Below, in pieces: positions 41,231-49,153 of a DNA stretch of 64,000 nt. The stretch lies in contig JAHEMG010000008.1 in the NCBI GenBank assembly GCA_024643755.1, positions 928 through 64,927 on the forward strand, written 5' to 3'. The notes below the pieces were generated by a model. It worked only from the letters and a program-made list of their open reading frames with translations. It was not told the origin of the DNA and did no database searches. This DNA comes from Flavobacteriales bacterium (lineage in GTDB: Bacteria > Bacteroidota > Bacteroidia > NS11-12g > UBA955). How positions within the stretch are numbered: position 1 is the first letter of the stretch; each line of letters opens with the position of its first letter. The position numbers were made by a program, and so were the translations under genes.

Positions 41231-42448
41231 ATGAACATCCGTCATTTTCTCTCACATATTTTCGTTACGATAGGGCTCTTTGGAACCCAATCCGTTGGAT
41301 TGGGCCAATCGGTTTACCGCACTTTGAAAAAGCTGCCCGACACAGGACAATACCTGAGTTACACCAGCACATATGGCGAAGACAACGACTACACGATCAA
41401 TCCACCCAACCTAAAAGTCAACAATAGCACTATGGTCTACGATTCTGTGACTACCCTTCTTTGGCAGCTGAGCGATGGGGGCGAAATGACTTTCGATCAG
41501 GCCATCAACTATTGCGACACCCTAACCTTGGGCGGATTTACAGACTGGCGATTGCCATCGCCTGCAGAAGCCTATTCTATATTAAACCACCAAAACCCCA
41601 ATCCTGCGGTTGATATCAAAATCTTCCCAAAAACCGGTGCAGAATATTGGTATACATCGGCCGTTCAAGCCAACGACCCCAGTAAGTCCTGGGTTACCAA
41701 TGCAGGTGGAGGCATCGGAAATCACCCCAAGACAGAGACCATCTCTGCCGGAGGAACAAAAAAATTCCATGCCCGAGCGGTACGATCCACCACCCCCGAC
41801 GTATTCATTGCCAATCGTTTTATAGACAATGGCGATGGCACCGTCACCGACCAACTCACCGATCTCATGTGGGTAAAATCACCCGGCACAACGGCAAGCA
41901 CTTGGGAAGATGCAATTTTACTGTCGGAATACAACACAACCGGCGGACACACAGACTGGCGATTACCCAACATCAAAGAAATCAGAAGTCTGAATGACGA
42001 AACACGTACCCAACCCTCAGTTTCAACCACTGCATTCCCGGGTATAGAACAATCCAAATTTTGGTCATCCACCACCCTCCCCAATCAGTCTAGCAAAGCT
42101 TGGTATTATGACAACCAATATGGCATCACCACATATGATGTAAAATCGGCTACCCATTTGGTTTGGATGGTGCGCTCCGCGAACAACATTGCTTCTATGA
42201 ATCCCGTTGAAAAAAATCAACCTACAGGTTTCCGGATTTTTCCAAATCCAACAGATCACATCTTGACCATTCAAAGCGATATAATCATCACCATGGTCGA
42301 AATTAGAAACCCGCTGGGACAGGAAATCACAAAGATCTACAACACCAATAAAATCAACATTTCAGCACTACCTACCGGGCAGTATGTACTTACGGTATAC
42401 AATCAAAATAGTCAACCCGTAGGACGAACCATCTTCCTAAAAAACTAA
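41231..42448 (+). CDS. DUF1566 (Lcl C-terminal-like) domain protein with T9SS type A CTD
   Basis: Signal peptide. DWRLP motifs are repeated (TDWRLPSPAE, TDWRLPNIKE). The CTD is IFPNPTDHILTIQS...GQYVLTVYNQ. Confidence 0.7.
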   Translation: MNIRHFLSHIFVTIGLFGTQSVGLGQSVYRTLKKLPDTGQYLSYTSTYGEDNDYTINPPNLKVNNSTMVYDSVTTLLWQLSDGGEMTFDQAINYCDTLTLGGFTDWRLPSPAEAYSILNHQNPNPAVDIKIFPKTGAEYWYTSAVQANDPSKSWVTNAGGGIGNHPKTETISAGGTKKFHARAVRSTTPDVFIANRFIDNGDGTVTDQLTDLMWVKSPGTTASTWEDAILLSEYNTTGGHTDWRLPNIKEIRSLNDETRTQPSVSTTAFPGIEQSKFWSSTTLPNQSSKAWYYDNQYGITTYDVKSATHLVWMVRSANNIASMNPVEKNQPTGFRIFPNPTDHILTIQSDIIITMVEIRNPLGQEITKIYNTNKINISALPTGQYVLTVYNQNSQPVGRTIFLKN

Positions 42449-42449
42449 A

Positions 42450-43808
42450 TCAATCCTTCAAGACCACCACGCGTTCAGTGATCACTGCATTGGGTGTATT
42501 CACCCGCACCAAATAATCGCCTGAATACATTTTTCTTAGATCGAAATGTGCCATGGTACTGCCAGCGTAAACGGTTTGTTGATCCATTACACGTCCCTGC
42601 AAATCCATCAATTCAACCACCACATTTGTTGATAGGTACTTCGCAATTTGAACCACCAAAACATCAGAAGATGGATTGGGATACAGCGAAACTTTCACAA
42701 TCTCTTTCTGTGAAAGACCATTAGATTGAGGCACATACGTAGTCACCGCCTCCGTTACTGAAGTCACCTTTGATGCCGTGCGCACACCATAATAGGTTGG
42801 TCCCACCACATAAGGATAGCTCGAATTCCATTGAGCATCCACCGTGGCGAAATAGCAATATATGCCGTTGGGGTATTCTGGGGTTACACAAAAACGACCG
42901 TTGTGCTCATCCAGATACTCGCTTTGCTGAGCAGACGGTGCCACGTACTCATAATCCTCCCGAAACAAACCCAAAGGATAGGTTGAATTCACGGCCGGAC
43001 CATCCACTACATCGGAACCATCGGCATAATGGGTTCTCACCGCAATGTTTCTTAGTTTGTAGCTACTTTTCATCCGAACCAATCCACCAGTACCATCCAC
43101 ATTCTTGAATCCATAGGCACCATATATCGGGAAACCATCAACCGCATAGCCCAACAAAGGGGCATGTTGCGCACTATCAATCAAATACAAACCGTCTGCC
43201 GCATACAAATCGCAGACATTCGATATCACCTTTTTATCCAATTTGAACGCCGAAGGATTTTGATGATGGTGATAATTGCCCATCGCCGGATGTCCTTTCG
43301 CACAATCAAACCCACCCCGCTCAGCAACCACAGCATCCCGGTTCCAAACATTGTCGCCCATCCCCATAAGCGGCCCGCCTTTCAACGCTTGCTGCGCATT
43401 GCTCCAACTCACGCCATCTCTGTAATCAAACAAAGCAACCCCATTGATAAAAATCCCAATATTACCGCCGGTTGTACTCGTTGGTGTACCCGAATTTTTC
43501 ACTGGCTTCAGGGATATTTTGAAAATCGCATTCTGATTTTGCGCCAAACTGGGATTGCCATCCAAAAACGGACCCGTGATGTATGATGGAATTCCAGTAG
43601 TTGTCACATACACCCAATCCGTGGAGTATTGCACCTTTTGAACATTCGCTAGCACATCATCCGCCACCGGGGTTGAATTGCCTTTTACATAATGTCTACC
43701 CTTGATATTGGTGGTGTTTTGAATCCATTGAGTGATCCCTGGATTGGTTTGGGCGATGGCCGATCCGCCCATCATCAACAAACAGAAGAAGTGTATTTTT
43801 CGTAACAT
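42450..43808 (-). CDS. YHYH-domain protein with T9SS type A CTD
   Basis: ATG 43806-43808 plus signal peptide (FFCLLMMGGSAIAQ). It has GNYHHHQNP and DEHNGR...GIYCYFAT motifs colinear with the YHYH region of 39562-41202. The CTD is LYPNPSSDVLVVQI...GDYLVRVNTP. Confidence 0.7.
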   Translation of the reverse strand: MLRKIHFFCLLMMGGSAIAQTNPGITQWIQNTTNIKGRHYVKGNSTPVADDVLANVQKVQYSTDWVYVTTTGIPSYITGPFLDGNPSLAQNQNAIFKISLKPVKNSGTPTSTTGGNIGIFINGVALFDYRDGVSWSNAQQALKGGPLMGMGDNVWNRDAVVAERGGFDCAKGHPAMGNYHHHQNPSAFKLDKKVISNVCDLYAADGLYLIDSAQHAPLLGYAVDGFPIYGAYGFKNVDGTGGLVRMKSSYKLRNIAVRTHYADGSDVVDGPAVNSTYPLGLFREDYEYVAPSAQQSEYLDEHNGRFCVTPEYPNGIYCYFATVDAQWNSSYPYVVGPTYYGVRTASKVTSVTEAVTTYVPQSNGLSQKEIVKVSLYPNPSSDVLVVQIAKYLSTNVVVELMDLQGRVMDQQTVYAGSTMAHFDLRKMYSGDYLVRVNTPNAVITERVVVLKD

Positions 43809-43868
43809 ACTGTCCCTTAGACGACAAAGTTCAACCAATCACGCGCATTTTCTTCTTTTTTCTCCATC

Positions 43869-44996
43869 TCATTTTCTTGGCGATTGTCGAGGATCCACAA
43901 AATCCATCGAATACAAAAATTTCCGATCGGTCAACGTCATCAAAAAAGCCACCAAATCCACGCGCTCATTGGCATCCAACGATATATCAATCACCTTTCG
44001 CTGCCCCTCACCAGAATCCCCAGAAATACCCGAACCACCCCCATCGCCCCGAACCACCAACCGCTTTCCTGAATAGTTTTTCACCACCTGATATAAAGAT
44101 TGAAACCCGCCATTGTGCATATACGGAAAACTCACCTCCACATTCCGCAACGTAGGAATCTTCATGTGATACGCATCATTCACCAAACCTGTAACCAGCG
44201 CCCTACCCCTATCCAAACCACTCACCACAACACCCGCAGAATCCATGCCTTTCAACCCATCAGCCCATCCATTGTATTCGTATCCGGGACGGGTAAACAG
44301 GGGCTCGGTATGACAAGCAGCGCAGAATTTTTGAAACAACGCATACCCCCTATTTTCTTGTTGGGTGAAGCTGATCTGTTGTCGACGCATAGAATCGTAT
44401 CGAGACTGATCACTCACGAATGTGAGCTCAAACCGGGCGATGGCTTTTAGCGCCAGGGGCAATGAAATCGGCTGATTTGGGTACGCTAAGGCAAACAGGG
44501 ATTGATACCGCGGATTTTGTTTTATGCCATTCAAATAGTCTTGGAGCGACATGCCCATTTCTGTGTGTGCGGCGATGGGTGCCATGGATTGCAACTCCAG
44601 ATGTTGGATGGCACCGTCCCACATGAATCCCGATTGCCAAGCGAGGTTCATGAGGGCCGGCGCGTTGCGCCGGCCCTCCCTATCGAAAACACCGTGACTC
44701 AATTTGTGGTCCACGTGTGCAAATGCCGTGTATGACGTATGACAGCTGCCACAGCTCACTTTGCCATCCGCCGATAGCGATTCATCGTAAAACAAAACCC
44801 TGCCCAACGCAATTTCTGCATCCACGTTCACACCATTCGAAAATACCAATATGGGCTTTGGCCATCCCTCCCGCGACAATCGCTCATACCTGCGCTCCAC
44901 AGATTTCGCATCGCCCAATCCACCCCCCGCATATCCCAAAATCACACAGCCGCTCAAGGCAACACAAACAATCCCAATCCAGCCTGTCCTTCTCAT
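43869..44996 (-). CDS. Di-haem cytochrome c peroxidase family protein (MauG/MbnH-like)
   Basis: Two CxxCH motifs (CGSCH, CAACH), the RNAPALMN motif and PYMHNG. It lies immediately downstream of an MbnP-like gene. Confidence 0.85.
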   Translation of the reverse strand: MRRTGWIGIVCVALSGCVILGYAGGGLGDAKSVERRYERLSREGWPKPILVFSNGVNVDAEIALGRVLFYDESLSADGKVSCGSCHTSYTAFAHVDHKLSHGVFDREGRRNAPALMNLAWQSGFMWDGAIQHLELQSMAPIAAHTEMGMSLQDYLNGIKQNPRYQSLFALAYPNQPISLPLALKAIARFELTFVSDQSRYDSMRRQQISFTQQENRGYALFQKFCAACHTEPLFTRPGYEYNGWADGLKGMDSAGVVVSGLDRGRALVTGLVNDAYHMKIPTLRNVEVSFPYMHNGGFQSLYQVVKNYSGKRLVVRGDGGGSGISGDSGEGQRKVIDISLDANERVDLVAFLMTLTDRKFLYSMDFVDPRQSPRK

Positions 44997-45000
44997 CTTC

Positions 45001-45771
45001 TTATTCCCGACGATTTCTGCGTCTCACGCTATTCAATACATTTCGATGCCTAGGCGACACCGATATCTCATCATCTACCCAAATACCTTCGGCAACCAAC
45101 GAACAGTATCTGCGCCCAGCGGAGCTGGGCGACATCACACGCAGCTCATCGCCCAAATTCAACAGCAGCGAATCCAATGCCCAAACAAAACCCAAATTAC
45201 GTTTTGATGGTCGTTTACCACCGTGAATTGCATCTAGAAAAAATCCATATGACGCCATTGAGGTTTTATTCTCACCCTCAAATCCTCCCAAATGCAATTC
45301 CAATTTCCGTTCACCCGCCGAATCCCGCAACAACCCCTCCAATTTAAATTGGATATACCCCGATTGCCAAGTCCAATACATCCCGTGAACTGGATCCAAA
45401 TCGCCATCCATCACCCCGCTGCGCTGCAACAAACTATCCACACCAAACAATATCCAAACAGCAAAATCAACTTTACGAGCATATACTTGGCGATGTAAAC
45501 TTGCGCTATCAGCCAAATCCAAGAGCCAAGCATCACCTACTCTGGTCTGCCGTCTGTTCGCCAAATATGGCGTAACATACCAGCGCATCACATCAACTTT
45601 GCATTCCAAACCGCCCGGCAACACCGTCCACTGATTCAACACCAATGGCTTTCCAGCCAACGTAACCCGATGATGAAAATCCAGTCTTTGCCCATGTAGC
45701 CGTCCCATCGCTGCGAACAAAAGTCCGAGCACCAACCGACGAAGGCCCAAGCCCAACAAAAAATCCATCAT
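45001..45771 (-). CDS. MbnP-like periplasmic (copper-binding-type) protein
   Basis: Signal peptide. All-beta protein with HGMYWTWQSGYIQFKLEG and LELHLGG segments, which I recognise as MbnP-family-like. The 4-nt spacing to the di-haem peroxidase gene mirrors mbnP-mbnH pairs. This assignment was made by eye and needs an HMM check. Confidence 0.55.
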   Translation of the reverse strand: MMDFLLGLGLRRLVLGLLFAAMGRLHGQRLDFHHRVTLAGKPLVLNQWTVLPGGLECKVDVMRWYVTPYLANRRQTRVGDAWLLDLADSASLHRQVYARKVDFAVWILFGVDSLLQRSGVMDGDLDPVHGMYWTWQSGYIQFKLEGLLRDSAGERKLELHLGGFEGENKTSMASYGFFLDAIHGGKRPSKRNLGFVWALDSLLLNLGDELRVMSPSSAGRRYCSLVAEGIWVDDEISVSPRHRNVLNSVRRRNRRE

Positions 45772-45794
45772 GATTGCATCAAATCTAGGGCAAA

Positions 45795-46283
45795 TTACCG
45801 CCTTCTTGGCATTTTTTCACCGCCCGGACGATGTCCAAACATCTCGTTAAATTCAACTACCATCTCTTCAAACGCCTTCACCTGCCTACCCTCACACAAA
45901 CCTTTAATTTGCTTAAAATGAGCCACATGTATTTGATGTATTTCTGCTTGAAGCGAACCAATTTCCTTACAAATTTGCATCGTCTCAGTTGAATCCATCC
46001 CAGAACCAACCCCCTCAAACAGCGTTTGCCTCAACGCATTAATTTTCCGCTCTCGCTCCCCCACCGCTTTTCTATGCAATGCGATAAATCCCTCATATTT
46101 TTTCACTTGCCAATCTTCAAATTGCAAGCGCTTGATAATTTCTTTTTTCGGACCCTCTCCCCTGCCATTCCTTCTACCCATCTCGCCCTTCCCCAGAAAC
46201 GCGCTCAACCAAAATCCCGCTACCACCAACAAATTGAGCAACAGAAGTCCCATTACCCAACGACGATTGAATTCAATTCTCAT
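45795..46283 (-). CDS. Spy/CpxP-like periplasmic protein (heavy-metal-sensor/chaperone family)
   Basis: N-terminal TM/signal anchor followed by helical LTxxQ-like repeats (LQFEDWQVKKYEGF..., GSLQAEIHQIHVAHFKQIKGL). The start is uncertain (ATG at 46283, 46289 or 46313). Confidence 0.55.
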   Translation of the reverse strand: MRIEFNRRWVMGLLLLNLLVVAGFWLSAFLGKGEMGRRNGRGEGPKKEIIKRLQFEDWQVKKYEGFIALHRKAVGERERKINALRQTLFEGVGSGMDSTETMQICKEIGSLQAEIHQIHVAHFKQIKGLCEGRQVKAFEEMVVEFNEMFGHRPGGEKMPRRR

Positions 46284-46683
46284 AGACATATAGTTGTTCG
46301 GTTTGATTGACAAAATCGCCCAATAAATTCACTGTATCGGCCTCTGGGTCATGGATGGATGGCGATACACCGCTGAAGGCAATCACTTCCAGAAGCAACA
46401 AAAAAACCGCAACAAAAGTCCAGGCCAGTGGAACTGTAGAGTTCGAATTCACACGCTGCGCACCTGCATCAAAACCCTGCACCGACATTGCTTCACGCCG
46501 TGCATCAATCTTCGCAACTATCCTTGAAAATACAAATGGGGATATTTCCACCCGATTTACGCGGCTCGCCATTGCAAGGGGATCATTGTCTTGGTATTTA
46601 CGCATTGTTTTATCGATAGTTTCTGCTTTAGCATCCACTGCAAATCGTTTACTAACTAGTCGCTTAGACGATAATTTTATCAT
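46273..46683 (-). CDS. Small single-pass membrane protein in the anti-sigma position
   Basis: ATG 46681-46683 overlaps the sigma-factor stop (ATGA). There is one TM segment (VPLAWTFVAVFLLLLEVIAFSGV). No recognisable zinc-finger anti-sigma motif. Confidence 0.5.
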   Translation of the reverse strand: MIKLSSKRLVSKRFAVDAKAETIDKTMRKYQDNDPLAMASRVNRVEISPFVFSRIVAKIDARREAMSVQGFDAGAQRVNSNSTVPLAWTFVAVFLLLLEVIAFSGVSPSIHDPEADTVNLLGDFVNQTEQLYVYEN

Positions 46684-47207
46684 TTTCCTTCGCTTTTTTG
46701 TGAGAATTTGAGCAATTTTTTTCTTGCGCGAGACAGCAATGCATCTACTGCTTTCACGCTGATGTTCATGATTTGTGCAACTTCCGATATCTCCAATCCT
46801 TCCAATCGCACCAATATCAGGGCTGTTCGCTGCTTTTCTGGCAGTTGATCGATCCAACCAAACCATTGTTGGAGGGTTTCTTTGTATTCCAATGCCACAC
46901 CGGGGTGATTGAATTCTGTGTTCTGCTGCGGCACCCATTGGGTAAACACATCAAAATATTGCAACACGCCCCAGCCCCGTTTTTGTGCGCTTCTCGATTT
47001 CAACTTATCCAAGGAACGATTTACAGCGATGCGGTAAATCCAGGTGCCCAGGGTTGACTTCCCCTCAAACTGCATGGCCTTTTCATGTACGGCTAAAAAC
47101 ACATCTTGAACCACCTCCTCGGCATCTTCAACATTCCTCAAATGATTCAGGGCGATGTTATAGACGCGATTTGCGTATTGTCGGTATATTTCCTCCAGAG
47201 ACTGCAA
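46680..47207 (-). CDS. ECF-type sigma-70 family RNA polymerase sigma factor
   Basis: Region 2 (AEEVVQDVFLAVHEK...WIYRIAVNRSLD) and region 4 (LPEKQRTALILVRLEGLEISEVAQIMNISVKAVDALLSRARKKL). TTG start. Confidence 0.85.
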   Translation of the reverse strand: MQSLEEIYRQYANRVYNIALNHLRNVEDAEEVVQDVFLAVHEKAMQFEGKSTLGTWIYRIAVNRSLDKLKSRSAQKRGWGVLQYFDVFTQWVPQQNTEFNHPGVALEYKETLQQWFGWIDQLPEKQRTALILVRLEGLEISEVAQIMNISVKAVDALLSRARKKLLKFSQKSEGK

Positions 47208-47272
47208 TGATGTTGTTTTTGTTCAAAAACAAGACGACAAAAATCATCGCTGTCCCCCTCAACCGAAAAAAT

Positions 47273-48559
47273 TTATTTCAATAAAAATTCTTCACCGTTG
47301 ACAAATACGCGATCACAATGATTTTGCGCAACAAAATACGGGATGGCCTTTATGGCGTCTACCGTATTGGTGGTAAAGAAGTTGGCGCGCTGGCCTGCGG
47401 CCAGCGCGCCAACTTCTTTTTCGCAACGCAGCGCCCGCGCTGCGTTGCACGTAACAGCATAAAATGCCTCTGCCGGCAACAGTTTCTGTTGCGTACAGCC
47501 CAAAGCCCATACCATTTGCAAACTCGCTATCGGACTGCTCCCCGGGTTAAAATCAGTAGCCATCGCAAAAGGCAATCCTGCATCAATCAATGCCCTCCCC
47601 GGAGCATATGGAATCCCCAAAAAATAACTCGTACCCGGCAATCCCACTGGTACCGTCCCTCCGTATTCTAATTCCAACGACGACCGCAACAAATCAATCT
47701 CTACCTCGCTGCAATGCTCCAAATGATCTGCACTCCAACTGACATTGGCCACCGCCACCTGAACACCTCCCGTTAACCCCAACTCATTCGCGTGAATTTT
47801 CGATGGCAAACCCATCGCCGCAGCCGCCTTCAAAATTCGATCGGTCTGCTCAACCGTAAAAAACCCACGATCACAAAACACATCGATATGATCTGCCAAC
47901 CCCTCTTCCACCACCTTCGGCAACATGTCTGTTATCACCAAATCCACATACTTATCTGGCTCCCCCTTAAACTCCATCGGAATGCCATGCGCTCCCAAAA
48001 AAGTAGCCTTAATCAAAATGTCAAAATCCTGCTTCAATCGCTTTACCACCCGCAACATCTTCAACTCACTCTCGGTGGTTAACCCGTAACCACTTTTGAT
48101 CTCCACCGTGGTTGTGCCATGGGCAATCATCACCTTCAATCTATCCGCTGCCGCTGCATACAAATCATCCTCCGACATCACCTGCAACTTGCGCGCAGAA
48201 TTCAATATCCCTCCCCCGGCTGCCGCAATCGCTTCGTAACTCTCACCGCGCAATCGCATTTCAAATTCTTCGTGCCTCGGCGCCGCAAAAACAATGTGCG
48301 TATGCGAATCCACCAAACCCGGCAAAACCTCAACCCCTCCCAAATCTATGCGCTCCAAAATTTCGTCCTCACCCATCGCCCCAACATCCTCTCCATAAGA
48401 ACCCTCAGCCCCACCCAAGCCCACGATCCTGCCATCTTCCACCAACATCCAAGCCGAAGTGAATGCCTCCACCTCGCCCATTTCCGCTCCACATCGATAA
48501 CGACCCCGCTCAGCAGCCACACCCCACATCTTTGAAATACCATGAAATAACTTGCGCAT
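47273..48559 (-). CDS. hutI: Imidazolonepropionase
   Basis: LPGLVDSHTHIVFAAPR, GGGILNS, TTVEIKSGYGL, KIHANEL and ATDFNPGSS motifs. Start at ATG 48557-48559. The 97-codon N-terminal extension in the track ORF has no homology-like features. Confidence 0.9.
   Translation of the reverse strand: MRKLFHGISKMWGVAAERGRYRCGAEMGEVEAFTSAWMLVEDGRIVGLGGAEGSYGEDVGAMGEDEILERIDLGGVEVLPGLVDSHTHIVFAAPRHEEFEMRLRGESYEAIAAAGGGILNSARKLQVMSEDDLYAAAADRLKVMIAHGTTTVEIKSGYGLTTESELKMLRVVKRLKQDFDILIKATFLGAHGIPMEFKGEPDKYVDLVITDMLPKVVEEGLADHIDVFCDRGFFTVEQTDRILKAAAAMGLPSKIHANELGLTGGVQVAVANVSWSADHLEHCSEVEIDLLRSSLELEYGGTVPVGLPGTSYFLGIPYAPGRALIDAGLPFAMATDFNPGSSPIASLQMVWALGCTQQKLLPAEAFYAVTCNAARALRCEKEVGALAAGQRANFFTTNTVDAIKAIPYFVAQNHCDRVFVNGEEFLLK
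47375..47448. repeat. Two adjacent perfect palindromes inside hutI (21-bp arms with TGC centre; 12-bp arms)
   Basis: 47375-47419: AAAGAAGTTGGCGCGCTGGCC TGC GGCCAGCGCGCCAACTTCTTT. 47423-47448: GCAACGCAGCGC CC GCGCTGCGTTGC. Both verified base by base. Confidence 0.95.
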
Positions 48560-48587
48560 CAGGTGCAAATTACGCAATTTTGAAAGG

Positions 48588-49115
48588 ATGACCACCGATG
48601 AATTGTTGCAAAAATTGCAACATCCCCCACAAATACACCCCAGTGCATTCGTAGCGCCCAACGCCACAGCCATCGGTGATGTTCTCGTTGATGCAGACGC
48701 TTCCCTGTGGTTTGGTGCTGTCCTTCGTGGCGATACCGACACCATCTCTGTGGGTGCAAGAACCAACATCCAAGACAATGCCGTGATCCATGCCGATCCA
48801 GGTGCCCCTTGTACCATCGGCGCTGATTGCGTGATCGGACATACAGCCATCGTTCACGGAGCCACACTATCACACCACGTGCTGGTTGGCATGCACGCAA
48901 CCGTGTTAAACCATGCTCAAATTGGCGAATACAGCATCATTGGTGCCAACGCCATGGTACCTCAAGGCATGATCATTCCTCCCTATTCCCTGGTCTTGGG
49001 AACCCCCGCCAAAGTAGTTAAAACCCTGGGTCCGGAAGTCGAATCCCAAATCCAAAACAATGTTGACGAGTACGTTTTGAGGGCAAAAGCTTATAAAAAG
49101 CACTTTGCGGAATGA
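48588..49115 (+). CDS. Gamma-carbonic-anhydrase-like / left-handed beta-helix (hexapeptide repeat) protein
   Basis: Hexapeptide repeats and the motifs LRGDTDTISVGARTNIQDNAVIH and IGHTAIVHGA, as in YrdA/PaaY-type gamma-CA family proteins. ATG 48588. Confidence 0.8.
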   Translation: MTTDELLQKLQHPPQIHPSAFVAPNATAIGDVLVDADASLWFGAVLRGDTDTISVGARTNIQDNAVIHADPGAPCTIGADCVIGHTAIVHGATLSHHVLVGMHATVLNHAQIGEYSIIGANAMVPQGMIIPPYSLVLGTPAKVVKTLGPEVESQIQNNVDEYVLRAKAYKKHFAE

Positions 49116-49153
49116 TTTTTGACCACCCAAAAACTGCACCCTAACCACCGCCC

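Noticed and set aside
45113-45131. 8-bp-arm inverted repeat CGCCCAGC GGA GCTGGGCG in the MbnP-like gene, and 7-8-bp-arm repeats at 47476-47492 and 48604-48622
   Set aside because: These arm lengths are within chance expectation for a window of this size, so they are not used as evidence.
43877-45226. Cluster of overlapping + strand ORFs (62-169 aa, Pro/His/Thr-rich)
   Set aside because: All are antisense to the MbnH-like and MbnP-like genes. They arise because the locally G-rich coding strand leaves few stop codons on the opposite strand. I also considered calling the region horizontally acquired on composition, but I cannot quantify that by eye, and minus-strand genes elsewhere (e.g. susC) show the same C/A-rich + strand.
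48560-48850. 97-codon N-terminal extension of the hutI ORF (and similar extensions at 1213-1398, 60369-60644, 46684-46938, 10011-10235, 21090-21203)
   Set aside because: The extensions overlap neighbouring genes or divergent promoters and have aberrant composition. The internal ATG starts reproduce the expected family N-termini or signal peptides.
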